Shown piece after piece: positions 1-9,113 of a stretch of DNA of 31,471 nucleotides (the stretch's first letter is position 1; each line of letters opens with the position of its first letter). A program made the position numbers and the translations under genes. The notes beneath the pieces are model-generated. The model was not told where the DNA came from and searched no databases. It saw only the letters and a program-made list of their open reading frames with translations. The stretch is from a virus (taxonomy: Duplodnaviria > Caudoviricetes), in the IMG/VR virus record IMGVR_UViG_3300017912_001626, positions 1-31,471 of that record; one strand, 5' to 3'.

Positions 1-34
1 ACTGTTTGTACTTTCCCGCAGTTCAAACAAAAAG

Positions 35-49
35 TGCTAGGGTAGAAAA
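35..49 (+). promoter_or_regulatory. Extended -10 promoter (TGnTAGGGT) for a leaderless terS mRNA
   Basis: TGCTAGGGT at 35-43, then 6 nt, then ATG at 50; no SD. The same geometry recurs at many genes in this window. Confidence 0.55.
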
Positions 50-487
50 ATGCCTAATCCTGCGAAACCACTTGAGATGAAACGTTTACAGGGCAATCCG
101 GGGAAGCGTGAGTTGCCTGCTTTGTCTGAGACTTTTGAGTTGGAGGGCGGTTATGTTGCCCCGCATAGGGAGTTAGGTTCGGCGGGTCAGGCTTTGTGGG
201 ATCGTGTGTTTGGTGTGGGGAAGACGTGGTTGTCTGGGCAGTCTGATGTTGAGGCTTTGATGATTGTCTGTAAGCAACTTGACCGGCAGGTGATGTTGGA
301 GCAGCAGGTTGAGTCGGCTCCTGATGATTTCCATTTGTTGAGGCAGTTGTTGGAGTTGGAGAAGGCGATTATGTCTGGGCTTGGTGTTCTTGGGTTTACG
401 GTGGATTCGCGTTCGCGTTTGGGTTTGGCGGAGATAAAGGCTAAATCTGCTTTTGAGACTTTGATGGCGGAGAGGGCGCGTGACTGA
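50..487 (+). CDS. terS: Terminase small subunit (P27-like)
   Basis: N-terminal KRLQGNPGKR and C-terminal LGFTVDSRSRLG motifs; overlaps the start of terL. Confidence 0.9.
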   Translation: MPNPAKPLEMKRLQGNPGKRELPALSETFELEGGYVAPHRELGSAGQALWDRVFGVGKTWLSGQSDVEALMIVCKQLDRQVMLEQQVESAPDDFHLLRQLLELEKAIMSGLGVLGFTVDSRSRLGLAEIKAKSAFETLMAERARD

Positions 488-1994
488 CCCTCGTTGGTTG
501 ACGCCGGTTCCTGCGGAGTCGGTGGAGCGTGGCGATGGGGATTTCATCGTGCGCTTCGCTGATGCGTTTGCCACGATTACGAAGGACAGCATTGCTGGGC
601 CTGCTGGTAGCAAGATGGTGTTGCGGGATTGGCAGAAGCGCTTGCTGGGTGATTTGTTTTCTCGTGATGAGGACGGCGGGCTACGGCATCGCATCAGTTT
701 GGTGGGGATGCCCAGAAAACAGGGGAAATCGGCGCTCGGTTCACTCATTGCCGCTTTTGCTCTTGTGGACTTCAAAACACAAGGGGCCGAAATTTACTCG
801 GTTGCCGCTGACCGCAACCAGGCGAAGATTGTGTTCGAGGATACGAAGAAAATGATTCGCAACTCTGAGCTTGCAGAGCACGTCAAGATTTACCGTGACT
901 CACTGTATGTGCCTGCGACGGGTAACGTGTATCGGGCGTTGTCGGCTGACGCCCCAAGACATGAAGGTTTGTCACCGACGTTGGTGTTGTTTGATGAGTT
1001 GCACGCGCAACCCAACCGCCGTCTTTTTGATGTGATGTCGTTGGCTCAGGGTGCCCGAGGTAAGCAGGCCACGCTGATAGCGATTACTACTGCTGGTGTG
1101 AAGACAGAATCGCAGACGGGTAAGGACTCAATCGCTTACACGCTATACAACTACGGTAAAAAACTGATTTCTGGTGAGGAAAAGGATGACACGTTCTATA
1201 TGTGCTGGTATGAGGCACCTTTGGACGCTGATCACAAACTTGAAAGCACTTGGGTGGCTGCTAACCCTGGTTTTGACGACATTGTTGCTAAAAGTGACTT
1301 CGAGAGTGCGGTAAAACGCACACCAGAGGCTGAATTTCGTACAAAACGGTGTAATCAGTGGGTTTCGGCGCAACAAGCATGGCTTCCGACGGGTTCTTGG
1401 GGCAAATTAGCGTCAAATGTGGACATAGAACCCGACGAAGACTATGTTTTGGGCTTTGACGGGTCTTACGCGAACGACAGCACCGCTATTTGCGCTGTAA
1501 CCATCCCGCAGGACGGCGAAAAGCCAAAAGTGAAGCTTGTGAAGGTGTGGGAGAAGGATTTTGAGCGTGATGATGACACTTGGCGGGTAAATATCGAGGA
1601 AGTGAAGCAAACAATCATCGATTATGTGCAAAAACACCCTCAATGTCGTGAAATAGCGTGCGATCCGTACCGTTGGGCGTCAATGATGCAGGATTTGGAC
1701 GAAATGGACTACCCAATAGTCGAATATAAAACAAATTTATTGAATTTGATGATTCCGGCGACCCAAAAAGTGTTTGAGGCGGTCACTGAGGAGCGTTTTG
1801 TGCATGATGGGGACCCTGTATTGTCACGGCACATCGATAACTGTGTTATCAAGATGGACCATCGTGGTCAGAGGGTCACTAAGGAGTCTGCAACGTCACG
1901 GAAGAAGATTGACGCCGCTATCGCGTTCATTATCGCCTATGACCGAGCAACAGCAAGTAGAATAGATGAAGGAGTGCCGGAGTTTTTCTTCTAA
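480..1994 (+). CDS. terL: Terminase large subunit
   Basis: Walker A MPRKQGKS, Walker B LVLFDELH, ITTAG coupling motif, nuclease motifs GFDGS and KIDAAIA. Confidence 0.97.
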   Translation: MTDPRWLTPVPAESVERGDGDFIVRFADAFATITKDSIAGPAGSKMVLRDWQKRLLGDLFSRDEDGGLRHRISLVGMPRKQGKSALGSLIAAFALVDFKTQGAEIYSVAADRNQAKIVFEDTKKMIRNSELAEHVKIYRDSLYVPATGNVYRALSADAPRHEGLSPTLVLFDELHAQPNRRLFDVMSLAQGARGKQATLIAITTAGVKTESQTGKDSIAYTLYNYGKKLISGEEKDDTFYMCWYEAPLDADHKLESTWVAANPGFDDIVAKSDFESAVKRTPEAEFRTKRCNQWVSAQQAWLPTGSWGKLASNVDIEPDEDYVLGFDGSYANDSTAICAVTIPQDGEKPKVKLVKVWEKDFERDDDTWRVNIEEVKQTIIDYVQKHPQCREIACDPYRWASMMQDLDEMDYPIVEYKTNLLNLMIPATQKVFEAVTEERFVHDGDPVLSRHIDNCVIKMDHRGQRVTKESATSRKKIDAAIAFIIAYDRATASRIDEGVPEFFF

Positions 1995-2001
1995 GGACAT
2001 T

Positions 2002-2136
2002 ATGTTAGTAAATGGGTTGCAAATCGGGGGCGCTGTGGCTATCAGTGCCGGTGTCGCTTTTATTTTCCCACCAGCAGGACTTATTGTTGCCGGTGCTTTC
2101 GCTATTTTGTTCGGTCTTAGTTTGGAGCGTAAGTAA
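2002..2136 (+). CDS. Small membrane protein, 44 aa (MLVNGLQIGGAVAISAGVAFIFPPAGLIVAGAFAILFGLSLERK); absent from the ORF track
   Basis: AAGGA SD; TAATG overlap with portal; hydrophobic; fills the terL-portal gap. Confidence 0.75.
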   Translation: MLVNGLQIGGAVAISAGVAFIFPPAGLIVAGAFAILFGLSLERK

Positions 2137-3503
2137 TGCTTGGTGATCTTTTTTACAGTGACGGGGAAGAGCGTGCGCTCTCTTTCCAAACCATTTGGGG
2201 TTCTGGTGACTTCCTGGAGTTGGAGAACGAGTCCGGCACTGTTGTAAACCAGGAGACCGCTTTCCAGGTCAACGCTATCTTCTCCGCTGTCAGCCTCATC
2301 AGTGACACAATCTCTACCCTGCCGGTTGATTCTTACATTCGGTTGGATGGTCGCCGTAGCGCTTTCCGTCCTCGGCCCGCGTGGGTGACACAACCTGACG
2401 TGGACACCACGAAGGAAGCTTTCTACGGTGCCGTAATCGTGTCGATGCTGTTGGACGGTAACGCTTTCATTCGCGTGTATAGCAACCGTCGCGGTGAAAT
2501 CAACAACCTTGTTGTGTTGAACCCTCTGGATGTGACTATTCGCCGTAACGGTGTTGGTCGTGTCATGTACGAAGTGAAGAACGAGTCGCGGATGGTTTCT
2601 GCTGACAACATGATTCACATTCCTGACGTGGTGCGCCCCGGAGCTATCCGTGGTGTGTCCCGTGTGGAAGCCCTCAAGGAAGACTTCGGTCTCGCCATTG
2701 CACTCCGCAACTATGCTGCCCGTTTCTTCGGTGCTGGTGCCACCACTCAGGGCATCATCGAGTACCCGAACAAGTTGACCGCTGAGCAAGCCAAGAACCT
2801 GCAAGAAGGTTTTGACGCACGCCACAAGGGTTGGAAACGTTCACACCGCACCGGCATTCTCTCCGGCGGTGCCAGCTACAAACCCACAAGCGTTGGTAAC
2901 GATCAGGCACAATTCATTGACTCACGGCGTATGGCTGTCGAGGATGTTGCCAGGGCTTTCAATGTGCCACCGCACCTGCTTGGGCTTCCCGGCACAAACA
3001 CTTACGCCTCTGTGGAGCAAAACAACCTGGCGTGGGTGATTCACTGTCTGCGACCTATTGTGCAGAAGCTTGAGTCAGCGTTCTCACCTCTCATGGCTCG
3101 CTATCAGGGTGGAGAGACCGCGTTTATCAAGTTCAATCTTGACGGCCTGCTTCGCGCCGACATTAACTCCCGTATGAGCGCATACAGCACCGGTTTGTTG
3201 TCCGGTTTCCTCACTATCAACGATGTGCGTCGTTTGGAGGACTTGCAGGCGATTGATGACCCGTCGGCTGACACGGTTAGGGTGCCCTTAGCTAACGTGA
3301 ACGTTGCTGCTGCCACGTTGAAGGAAGAAACCGAGAAAGTGGATATGGCGCAACGTCTTATCCAGGTTGGTTTTGATCCTGCGGATGTTTTGGACAAACT
3401 CGGTCTGCCCGCGATTGACCACACCGGTTTGCCGTCTGTGCAGTTGCAACCTACCGCGCAGATTGACCCGGAGGACCCTAACTCGGAGTACGTCGTCGAA
3501 TAA
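2136..3503 (+). CDS. Portal protein (HK97 family)
   Basis: Motifs AVSLISDTISTLP, LLDGNAF, VARAFNVPPHLLG, LTINDVRRLEDL; position after terL. Confidence 0.96.
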   Translation: MLGDLFYSDGEERALSFQTIWGSGDFLELENESGTVVNQETAFQVNAIFSAVSLISDTISTLPVDSYIRLDGRRSAFRPRPAWVTQPDVDTTKEAFYGAVIVSMLLDGNAFIRVYSNRRGEINNLVVLNPLDVTIRRNGVGRVMYEVKNESRMVSADNMIHIPDVVRPGAIRGVSRVEALKEDFGLAIALRNYAARFFGAGATTQGIIEYPNKLTAEQAKNLQEGFDARHKGWKRSHRTGILSGGASYKPTSVGNDQAQFIDSRRMAVEDVARAFNVPPHLLGLPGTNTYASVEQNNLAWVIHCLRPIVQKLESAFSPLMARYQGGETAFIKFNLDGLLRADINSRMSAYSTGLLSGFLTINDVRRLEDLQAIDDPSADTVRVPLANVNVAAATLKEETEKVDMAQRLIQVGFDPADVLDKLGLPAIDHTGLPSVQLQPTAQIDPEDPNSEYVVE

Positions 3504-3766
3504 TGATTACTAACGGTAGGCAAAGCATTGCTGGTTCCGCGACCAAACTAGATGGTCGCTCCACGGTTTACAGCACTTTGCACATTCACAACGATGACAA
3601 CACGAAAGATTTGTTCCTCGGTGGGCCTAGTGTGACAGTGAACAATGGTTATCGTTTGTTGAAGTCAGAAAGCACATCGTTTGATTTGCCACCACTGACT
3701 GATATTTACGCTGTGAGTGACGGCGGGGCGCACACCCTGTCTTGGATAAGAATTGAGATTGTGTAA
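3503..3766 (+). CDS. Hypothetical beta-rich virion-associated protein
   Basis: TAATG overlaps at both ends; lies between portal and protease. Confidence 0.7.
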   Translation: MITNGRQSIAGSATKLDGRSTVYSTLHIHNDDNTKDLFLGGPSVTVNNGYRLLKSESTSFDLPPLTDIYAVSDGGAHTLSWIRIEIV

Positions 3767-5676
3767 TGCCTTATTACATTACTGATTCGGCTGAGGGTTG
3801 CTCGGGGTGGGCGACTATCAAAGAGGATGGTGAAGTGATGGGTTGTCACGACACGAAGCAGGAAGCTATCGATCAGGGTCTTGCTATTGCACAGAACGAG
3901 GGGAGCGAGTTCTTGGGTGAGCGTGCTATGCCGGGTACTTTGAAGCCTGGGGATTTTGTTTCTTGGAAAGAACACGGTGAGACTTTCCAGGGCCGTATCC
4001 GTGAGGTGGTCACTACTGGCACTGTGGATGTTCCTGGTTCGGGTGTGCAGATTATGGGCACCATCTTTGACCCTGCCGCGTTGGTGCAAATGTATGAGCA
4101 GGTTGATGGTCAATGGACTGAGGCGTCTACGTTCTTGGGGCTGAAGTTTTCGCAACTCAGTGGTATCAGTGCGCTCGTCGATGACGAAATGCCGGAGTTT
4201 AGTTTTGAAGAAGGCAACCTGCCGGAACCACCCGAGGGATACCACTATATGCCTGATGGCACTTTGATGGCTGACTCGGAACACGAGGGGGAGCGTGCCG
4301 CACCTGACGCGCTTGCAGTAGATGACTTTGTTTCCTGGAACACTTCTGGCGGAAGGGCCAGGGGGCAAATTGAAAGAATAGAAAGAAACGGCACAATAAA
4401 CGTGCCTGACAGTGAGTTCACGATTGAAGGGACAGAAGATGATCCAGCAGCTCTTATCCGCATATGGCGGGAAGGTGAAGAAGGGTACGAAGCGTCCGAA
4501 ACTCTTGTAGGACACAAGTTCTCTACTTTGACGAAAATTGATAGTTTGCGTTCTGTTGCTGTTGAACAGCGACAAGTGAATTTGACGCCGCCCGCTTACA
4601 TGAGGGCAGCCGCACGTCAAGGTTTGAAGTATCACGAGGAAGGTTACTCGGGTGACGGGTTACGGCCTCAAACGGTGCGTGAAGCTAGGGCTATGGCATC
4701 CGGTAATGTCAGCGCAGATAAGTGGGTGCGGATTGCGGCGTGGATTGCACGTCACCTTGGCGACCTTGACTCGCCAGCAGCGAGACCCGGTAATGACGAT
4801 TACCCGTCGGCTGGGGTTGTGGCTCATTTGCTGTGGGGTTCTGGACCGTCGAAACGCGCCGCCCGTCGCGCACTGGACTATGCGGAAGGTGTCGTTGCTA
4901 GACTTGAAGAAGAGAATCGACAGCTTGTAAACGTGGAGGCTAAAGAGATGGCGAAGATTGAAACACGAACCAACAACACAAAGTTTGAGGTTCGTGAGCT
5001 TGATGGTGGGGGTATGACTTTCACCGGTTACGCTGCCGTCTTTGACGCACCGAGCGAACCGTTGCCCTTCACGGAACGTATCGCCCCTGGCGCTTTCCGT
5101 CGTAGCCTACAATCCCGTAACGATGTCAAGCTTCTGTGGAACCACGACTCCGGCACTGTACTCGGTTCTACTCGCGCTGGCACTCTTCGCCTGGAAGAGG
5201 ACAATGTTGGTTTGCGTGTGTCTGCTGATCTGCCTGACACTCAGGCTGGGCGGGACGCCGCTTACCTCATCAAGCGTGGCGATGTTGACGCTATGAGCTT
5301 TGGGTTCTCTGTGCCGAAGGGTGGTGACGAGTGGGTGTCTGAGAACGAGCGTGTTCTTAACTCGGTCCGTCTTTTCGAGACAAGCATTGTGGCGTTCCCT
5401 GCTTACACCCAAACCGCTGGGTCTACTGCTGTGCGTGGTTTGGACAAGATTGCTAGGCGTGCTGGCGTGGATGCGGATGAGCTTGCTGACGCCATGCTGA
5501 AGATTGAATCTGGTTTGGATTTGTCTGATGAGGAAGCAAGTTTGTTGACTCAGGTTGTGGACACGCTTTCCCCGAAGGCTGAGGAGCCGGTTGAGGAAAC
5601 CAAGGATGACGAGATTGACCCGTCTATGCTTGAACTGAAAAAGAAAAAACTAGAACAACTCCTGAAGGGGATTTAA
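3766..5676 (+). CDS. HK97-type prohead protease with a ~390-aa multidomain N-terminal extension
   Basis: C-terminal protease motifs FTGYAAVFD, LLWNHD, MSFGF, ETSIVAFPAY; two related DFVSW...DPAAL domains upstream; internal GGAGG plus ATG at 4948. Confidence 0.9.
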   Translation: MPYYITDSAEGCSGWATIKEDGEVMGCHDTKQEAIDQGLAIAQNEGSEFLGERAMPGTLKPGDFVSWKEHGETFQGRIREVVTTGTVDVPGSGVQIMGTIFDPAALVQMYEQVDGQWTEASTFLGLKFSQLSGISALVDDEMPEFSFEEGNLPEPPEGYHYMPDGTLMADSEHEGERAAPDALAVDDFVSWNTSGGRARGQIERIERNGTINVPDSEFTIEGTEDDPAALIRIWREGEEGYEASETLVGHKFSTLTKIDSLRSVAVEQRQVNLTPPAYMRAAARQGLKYHEEGYSGDGLRPQTVREARAMASGNVSADKWVRIAAWIARHLGDLDSPAARPGNDDYPSAGVVAHLLWGSGPSKRAARRALDYAEGVVARLEEENRQLVNVEAKEMAKIETRTNNTKFEVRELDGGGMTFTGYAAVFDAPSEPLPFTERIAPGAFRRSLQSRNDVKLLWNHDSGTVLGSTRAGTLRLEEDNVGLRVSADLPDTQAGRDAAYLIKRGDVDAMSFGFSVPKGGDEWVSENERVLNSVRLFETSIVAFPAYTQTAGSTAVRGLDKIARRAGVDADELADAMLKIESGLDLSDEEASLLTQVVDTLSPKAEEPVEETKDDEIDPSMLELKKKKLEQLLKGI

Positions 5677-5678
5677 TT

Positions 5679-5879
5679 ATGGCTACTAAAGCTGAAATCA
5701 AAAAAGCAATCATGGATGTTGCAGGCAACCCTGAGTCTGGGCCTGTGAGGCAACTCGCTGATGCTTGGGCTGACGCGATCATTGCTCTTGATGCTCCCGC
5801 GCCCGCGCCAAAGGTTGAGCGTGAGGACGTGGAACCAGTCAAAGAAACCCGAGTGTTCAAGGCCGCAGAGAAGCGGTAG
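5679..5879 (+). CDS. Hypothetical protein, 66 aa
   Basis: AAGGGG SD; in the operon directly after the protease; ends in AAEKR. Confidence 0.7.
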   Translation: MATKAEIKKAIMDVAGNPESGPVRQLADAWADAIIALDAPAPAPKVEREDVEPVKETRVFKAAEKR

Positions 5880-5888
5880 GCGGGTTTC

Positions 5889-5921
5889 CCCTCCCGTTCC
5901 CCCTTTCCGGGAGGGTCTTTT
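5889..5921 (+). terminator. Intrinsic terminator with a pyrimidine-rich 11-nt loop
   Basis: CCCTCCCG / TTCCCCCTTTC / CGGGAGGG followed by TCTTTT. Confidence 0.7.
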
Positions 5922-5944
5922 GTCCCCAAGTGTGATTACTGGGG

Positions 5945-6036
5945 TAAAATTAATGTATCGGTTGAGTGTTAGCACCGCCGTGTGTAAGTCTGCGTCAGCG
6001 CGACTGTAATTGTAATCACATTATAAGGAGACAAAA
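5945..6036 (+). promoter_or_regulatory. Capsid promoter (-10 TAAAAT), structured 5' leader and SD
   Basis: TAAAAT at 5945-5950; small hairpins at 5959-5980 and 5987-6005; AAGGAG SD before the TTG start. Confidence 0.55.
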
Positions 6037-7191
6037 TTGTCTGAGTTCGTAAAGTCTCAGCAAGAACTCCGCGCAAACCTTACTGCTCAGATTCAGGAGT
6101 CCCTGGACAGTGCAGAAGAGCGTGGCGGTCTTGACGCTGAGACTCTAAACAAGGTGAACGCTCTTGAGGCTGACATCCGCGCCGCTGATGAGGCGATTGC
6201 TGTTGCACAGCGTCAGGAAGAGCGTAAGCACGAGGCTGCTGAGGCTTCACGCGGTTATGTGCCCTCTGAAGAGGCTCGTAACGAGGGTGACGTTCTTCGC
6301 GCCATTGGTATGGGAGAAATGCGTTCGCACACGTTCGAGAAGCGTGCGCTTGCTTCCTCTACCGACACTGTTCCTGTTTCGTTCTACGACCAGGTTTTCC
6401 AGGTTGCGCGTCTCGTTGGTCCCATGCTGGACACCTCCGAGATTTTCAACACCACTTCCGGTGAGGACATCACTGTTCCGACCCTGACCGCTTACAGCAC
6501 TGCAACGCTGAAGGCTGAAGGTTCGGCTATCGCTGAGTCCGACCCCACCTTCTCAAGCATCACGCTGGGAGCCTACAAGTACAGTTTCCTCATCGGAGTC
6601 AGCAACGAGCTGATCGCCGACGCAGGATTCAACTTGGAAGCCCTGCTTGCTGAGCAGGCTGGTAACGCGATTGGTTTCGCTGTGAACGATGCCCTCACCA
6701 CTGGTGACGGATCGGACAAGCCTAACGGTATCGTGACCGCTGCTGGTTCTGGTATCACTGGTGGAACTGGTGTCACTGGTGCCTTCACCGCTGACAACCT
6801 CATCGACCTGGCTTACAGCCTTGACGGTGCAGCTCGTCGCCTGCCTGGTGTTGCTTACATGGCAAACACCGCTTCGCTTGGTGCAATGCGTAAGCTGAAG
6901 GACAACTCTGGACAGTACCTGTACCAGGTTGGTGTTGGACAGCCCGACAGCTTTGCTGGATTCCCGATTTTCGAGAACGCCGCAATGGCAGCTCAGGCTC
7001 TCGATGCCAAGTCCGTTATCTTCGGACACCTGCCTTCGTACAAAGTGCGTATGGCTGGTGGCCTCCAGGTTGCGTCAAGCACCGACTACGCCTTCAACAA
7101 GGACCAGACCTTCTACCGGTTCTTGATGCGCGTGGACGGCGACCTGACTCACGCTGGTCACGTCAAGTACTTCGTGGGAGCTTCTTCCTAG
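6037..7191 (+). CDS. Major capsid protein (HK97 fold, ~100-aa coiled-coil delta domain)
   Basis: Motifs VSNELIADAGFNL, GDGSDKPNGI, LKDNSGQYL, DYAFNKDQTFYRFLMRVDG; TTG start with strong SD. Confidence 0.96.
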   Translation: MSEFVKSQQELRANLTAQIQESLDSAEERGGLDAETLNKVNALEADIRAADEAIAVAQRQEERKHEAAEASRGYVPSEEARNEGDVLRAIGMGEMRSHTFEKRALASSTDTVPVSFYDQVFQVARLVGPMLDTSEIFNTTSGEDITVPTLTAYSTATLKAEGSAIAESDPTFSSITLGAYKYSFLIGVSNELIADAGFNLEALLAEQAGNAIGFAVNDALTTGDGSDKPNGIVTAAGSGITGGTGVTGAFTADNLIDLAYSLDGAARRLPGVAYMANTASLGAMRKLKDNSGQYLYQVGVGQPDSFAGFPIFENAAMAAQALDAKSVIFGHLPSYKVRMAGGLQVASSTDYAFNKDQTFYRFLMRVDGDLTHAGHVKYFVGASS

Positions 7192-7207
7192 TATCTGACG
7201 ACACGCT

Positions 7208-7247
7208 GAAGGGCCGGGGTTTGTGGGTTGCCCCGGCCCTTCTGTTT
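7208..7247 (+). terminator. Intrinsic terminator after the capsid gene
   Basis: 12-bp stem GAAGGGCCGGGG / CCCCGGCCCTTC followed by TGTTT. Confidence 0.75.
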
Positions 7248-7261
7248 GCTAAGCTTCCCGT

Positions 7262-8476
7262 ATGGGGAAAAAAGGGAATCCAGCTTTACAAGAACAATTC
7301 AGTGGCGCTTTTGGTGTTTGGTCTAATTCTTATGACGCACCAACAGGTTACGGGCAGCAGGTCAAGTATCTGATTGACCGTCTTGTTCGTCACGGTTTAG
7401 ATGTTGCTAACTTCTCTAACTTTGGATTAGAAGGCAAGATTGACACCATTCAAACACCACACGGTCCGGTACGTCATTTCCCGCGAAGCTTTCAGGGTTA
7501 CTCGCAGGACACGGCACCACTGGATTTTATGACGTGGGCTAACTCGGTTGCGAAGAAAGACCTGTTCTTCACTTTGTATGATGCGTGGGTTTTGGAGTCA
7601 CCGCAGTACGAGAAGATGCGTCAAATTTGGTCGTGGACACCTATCGATCACATTGTCATGGTGTCGAAGGTTCGTGAATGGTTGAAACGCCCTAACGTGC
7701 TTCCTATTGCTATGTCACCATTCGGTCAACGCGAAATGGACAAAGCAAATATAGAGAACGTGTATATACCTCACGGTATTGACACAAAGGTGTTGAAGGA
7801 AACCTGGACGTTGACTACTGGTTCTGATGTTCGTGATTATTGGAGCACTCGGGACAAGTTTGTTGTGGGGATGGTGGCAGCTAATAAGGCTTCTGGTTTG
7901 GTTCACCGGAAAGCGTTTAGCGAGAACTTGATGGCGTTTAGTATTTTCCAGAAACGTCACCCTGACGCTGTACTGTATTTGCACACTGACGCCACAGGAT
8001 CAGGTATTGGTTGGAACCTGTTGGAGTTGCTGAAGTCTTTGGGTGTACCGCAGGACGCTACATTGTTGGTGAATCCTTTGGAGTACCGTTATGGTTCACC
8101 GCAGGAGAATCTGGCAGCGTATTACACGGGTATGGATGTTCTTCTTGCCCCGTCTATGGGTGAGGGGTTTGGTGTGCCTACGATTGAGGCGCAAGCGTGT
8201 GGCACTCGGGTAATTGCTTCTAACTGGGCTGCTTCTCAGGACCTTGTTGCTGAGGATGGTTGGTTGGTTGATGGGACACCGGTGTGGGATGCGGGTCAGT
8301 TGTCTTGGTGGCAAACACCGTCTGTGCCGTCGATTGTGGACGCCCTGGAGCAGGCTTACCAGGAGGGTAAGGGTAAATCTGAGAAGGCTGTGGCGTTTGC
8401 GAAACAGTTTGATGTTGAGAAGGTGTGGAAAGAGTCTTGGATGCCGTTGTTGAGGACAGAGTTTGAAACGGCTTGA
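7262..8476 (+). CDS. Glycosyltransferase, GT-B fold (GT4-like)
   Basis: Motifs PTGYGQQ, YIPHGID, PSMGEGFGVPTIEAQACG; leaderless promoter TAAGCT at 7250-7255. Confidence 0.88.
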   Translation: MGKKGNPALQEQFSGAFGVWSNSYDAPTGYGQQVKYLIDRLVRHGLDVANFSNFGLEGKIDTIQTPHGPVRHFPRSFQGYSQDTAPLDFMTWANSVAKKDLFFTLYDAWVLESPQYEKMRQIWSWTPIDHIVMVSKVREWLKRPNVLPIAMSPFGQREMDKANIENVYIPHGIDTKVLKETWTLTTGSDVRDYWSTRDKFVVGMVAANKASGLVHRKAFSENLMAFSIFQKRHPDAVLYLHTDATGSGIGWNLLELLKSLGVPQDATLLVNPLEYRYGSPQENLAAYYTGMDVLLAPSMGEGFGVPTIEAQACGTRVIASNWAASQDLVAEDGWLVDGTPVWDAGQLSWWQTPSVPSIVDALEQAYQEGKGKSEKAVAFAKQFDVEKVWKESWMPLLRTEFETA

Positions 8477-9113
8477 CACGTTAAAAGATAAGCACCCCGG
8501 TTCTACAATCTGGGTGTTTGGTTCTGGTGCAACCATGAATTATTTGTCGCCAGAATTCTTCGCCGACAAGCTTGTGGTGGGTGCGAACGGCGGGGCTCAT
8601 TATTTCGGTGTGAAACCCGCGTATTCTTTCAGCCATCATCACGAGTTCGCCAATATCCCCTCCTTGGCAACGGAGCATCCTGAAACTGTGTTTGTTGTGA
8701 ACCGGCAGGACTATCACACCAAAGCTGTTTATAACGGTGCCTACGAGAATGTAATTGTTCACGATCCAAAAACGGAGAAAAATAGTCACGACAAGTTTGA
8801 CCCATTCCACCATGACCGCCCCGCTCACGCTGATCAGCTTGTGTTCGGTTCTTCGAGTGTTCACGGAGCAATGCACCTGGCTGCTTATGTGGGCGCGAAG
8901 AACATTGTTCTTGTGGGTGTGGATTGTGGGATATTGGATGGTGACGCAAACTTTGACGCCTACCCTTCGGTGACGCAACGCCAGTTCGCGGTATGGAATC
9001 GGCATCTTGCTTTGATGCGTGACTGGCTGAAAGACACTTACGGTGTGAATACTTATTCGTTGAACCCGTTTGTGAACCTGCATCTTGAGGGTCACACGTT
9101 TCAGGGTGTGTGA
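8463..9113 (+). CDS. Maf/DUF115-like (sialyltransferase-fold) putative glycosyltransferase
   Basis: Motifs IWVFGSGATM and GSSSVHGAMHLAAYVGAKNIVLVGVD; lies between two glycosyltransferases. Confidence 0.65.
   Translation: MKRLDTLKDKHPGSTIWVFGSGATMNYLSPEFFADKLVVGANGGAHYFGVKPAYSFSHHHEFANIPSLATEHPETVFVVNRQDYHTKAVYNGAYENVIVHDPKTEKNSHDKFDPFHHDRPAHADQLVFGSSSVHGAMHLAAYVGAKNIVLVGVDCGILDGDANFDAYPSVTQRQFAVWNRHLALMRDWLKDTYGVNTYSLNPFVNLHLEGHTFQGV

Noticed and set aside
1896-4635. Long - strand ORFs (1896-2825, 3706-4635) and similar ones opposite the GT and tape measure genes
   Set aside because: They are antisense shadows of well-supported + strand genes, with no SD or recognisable motifs.
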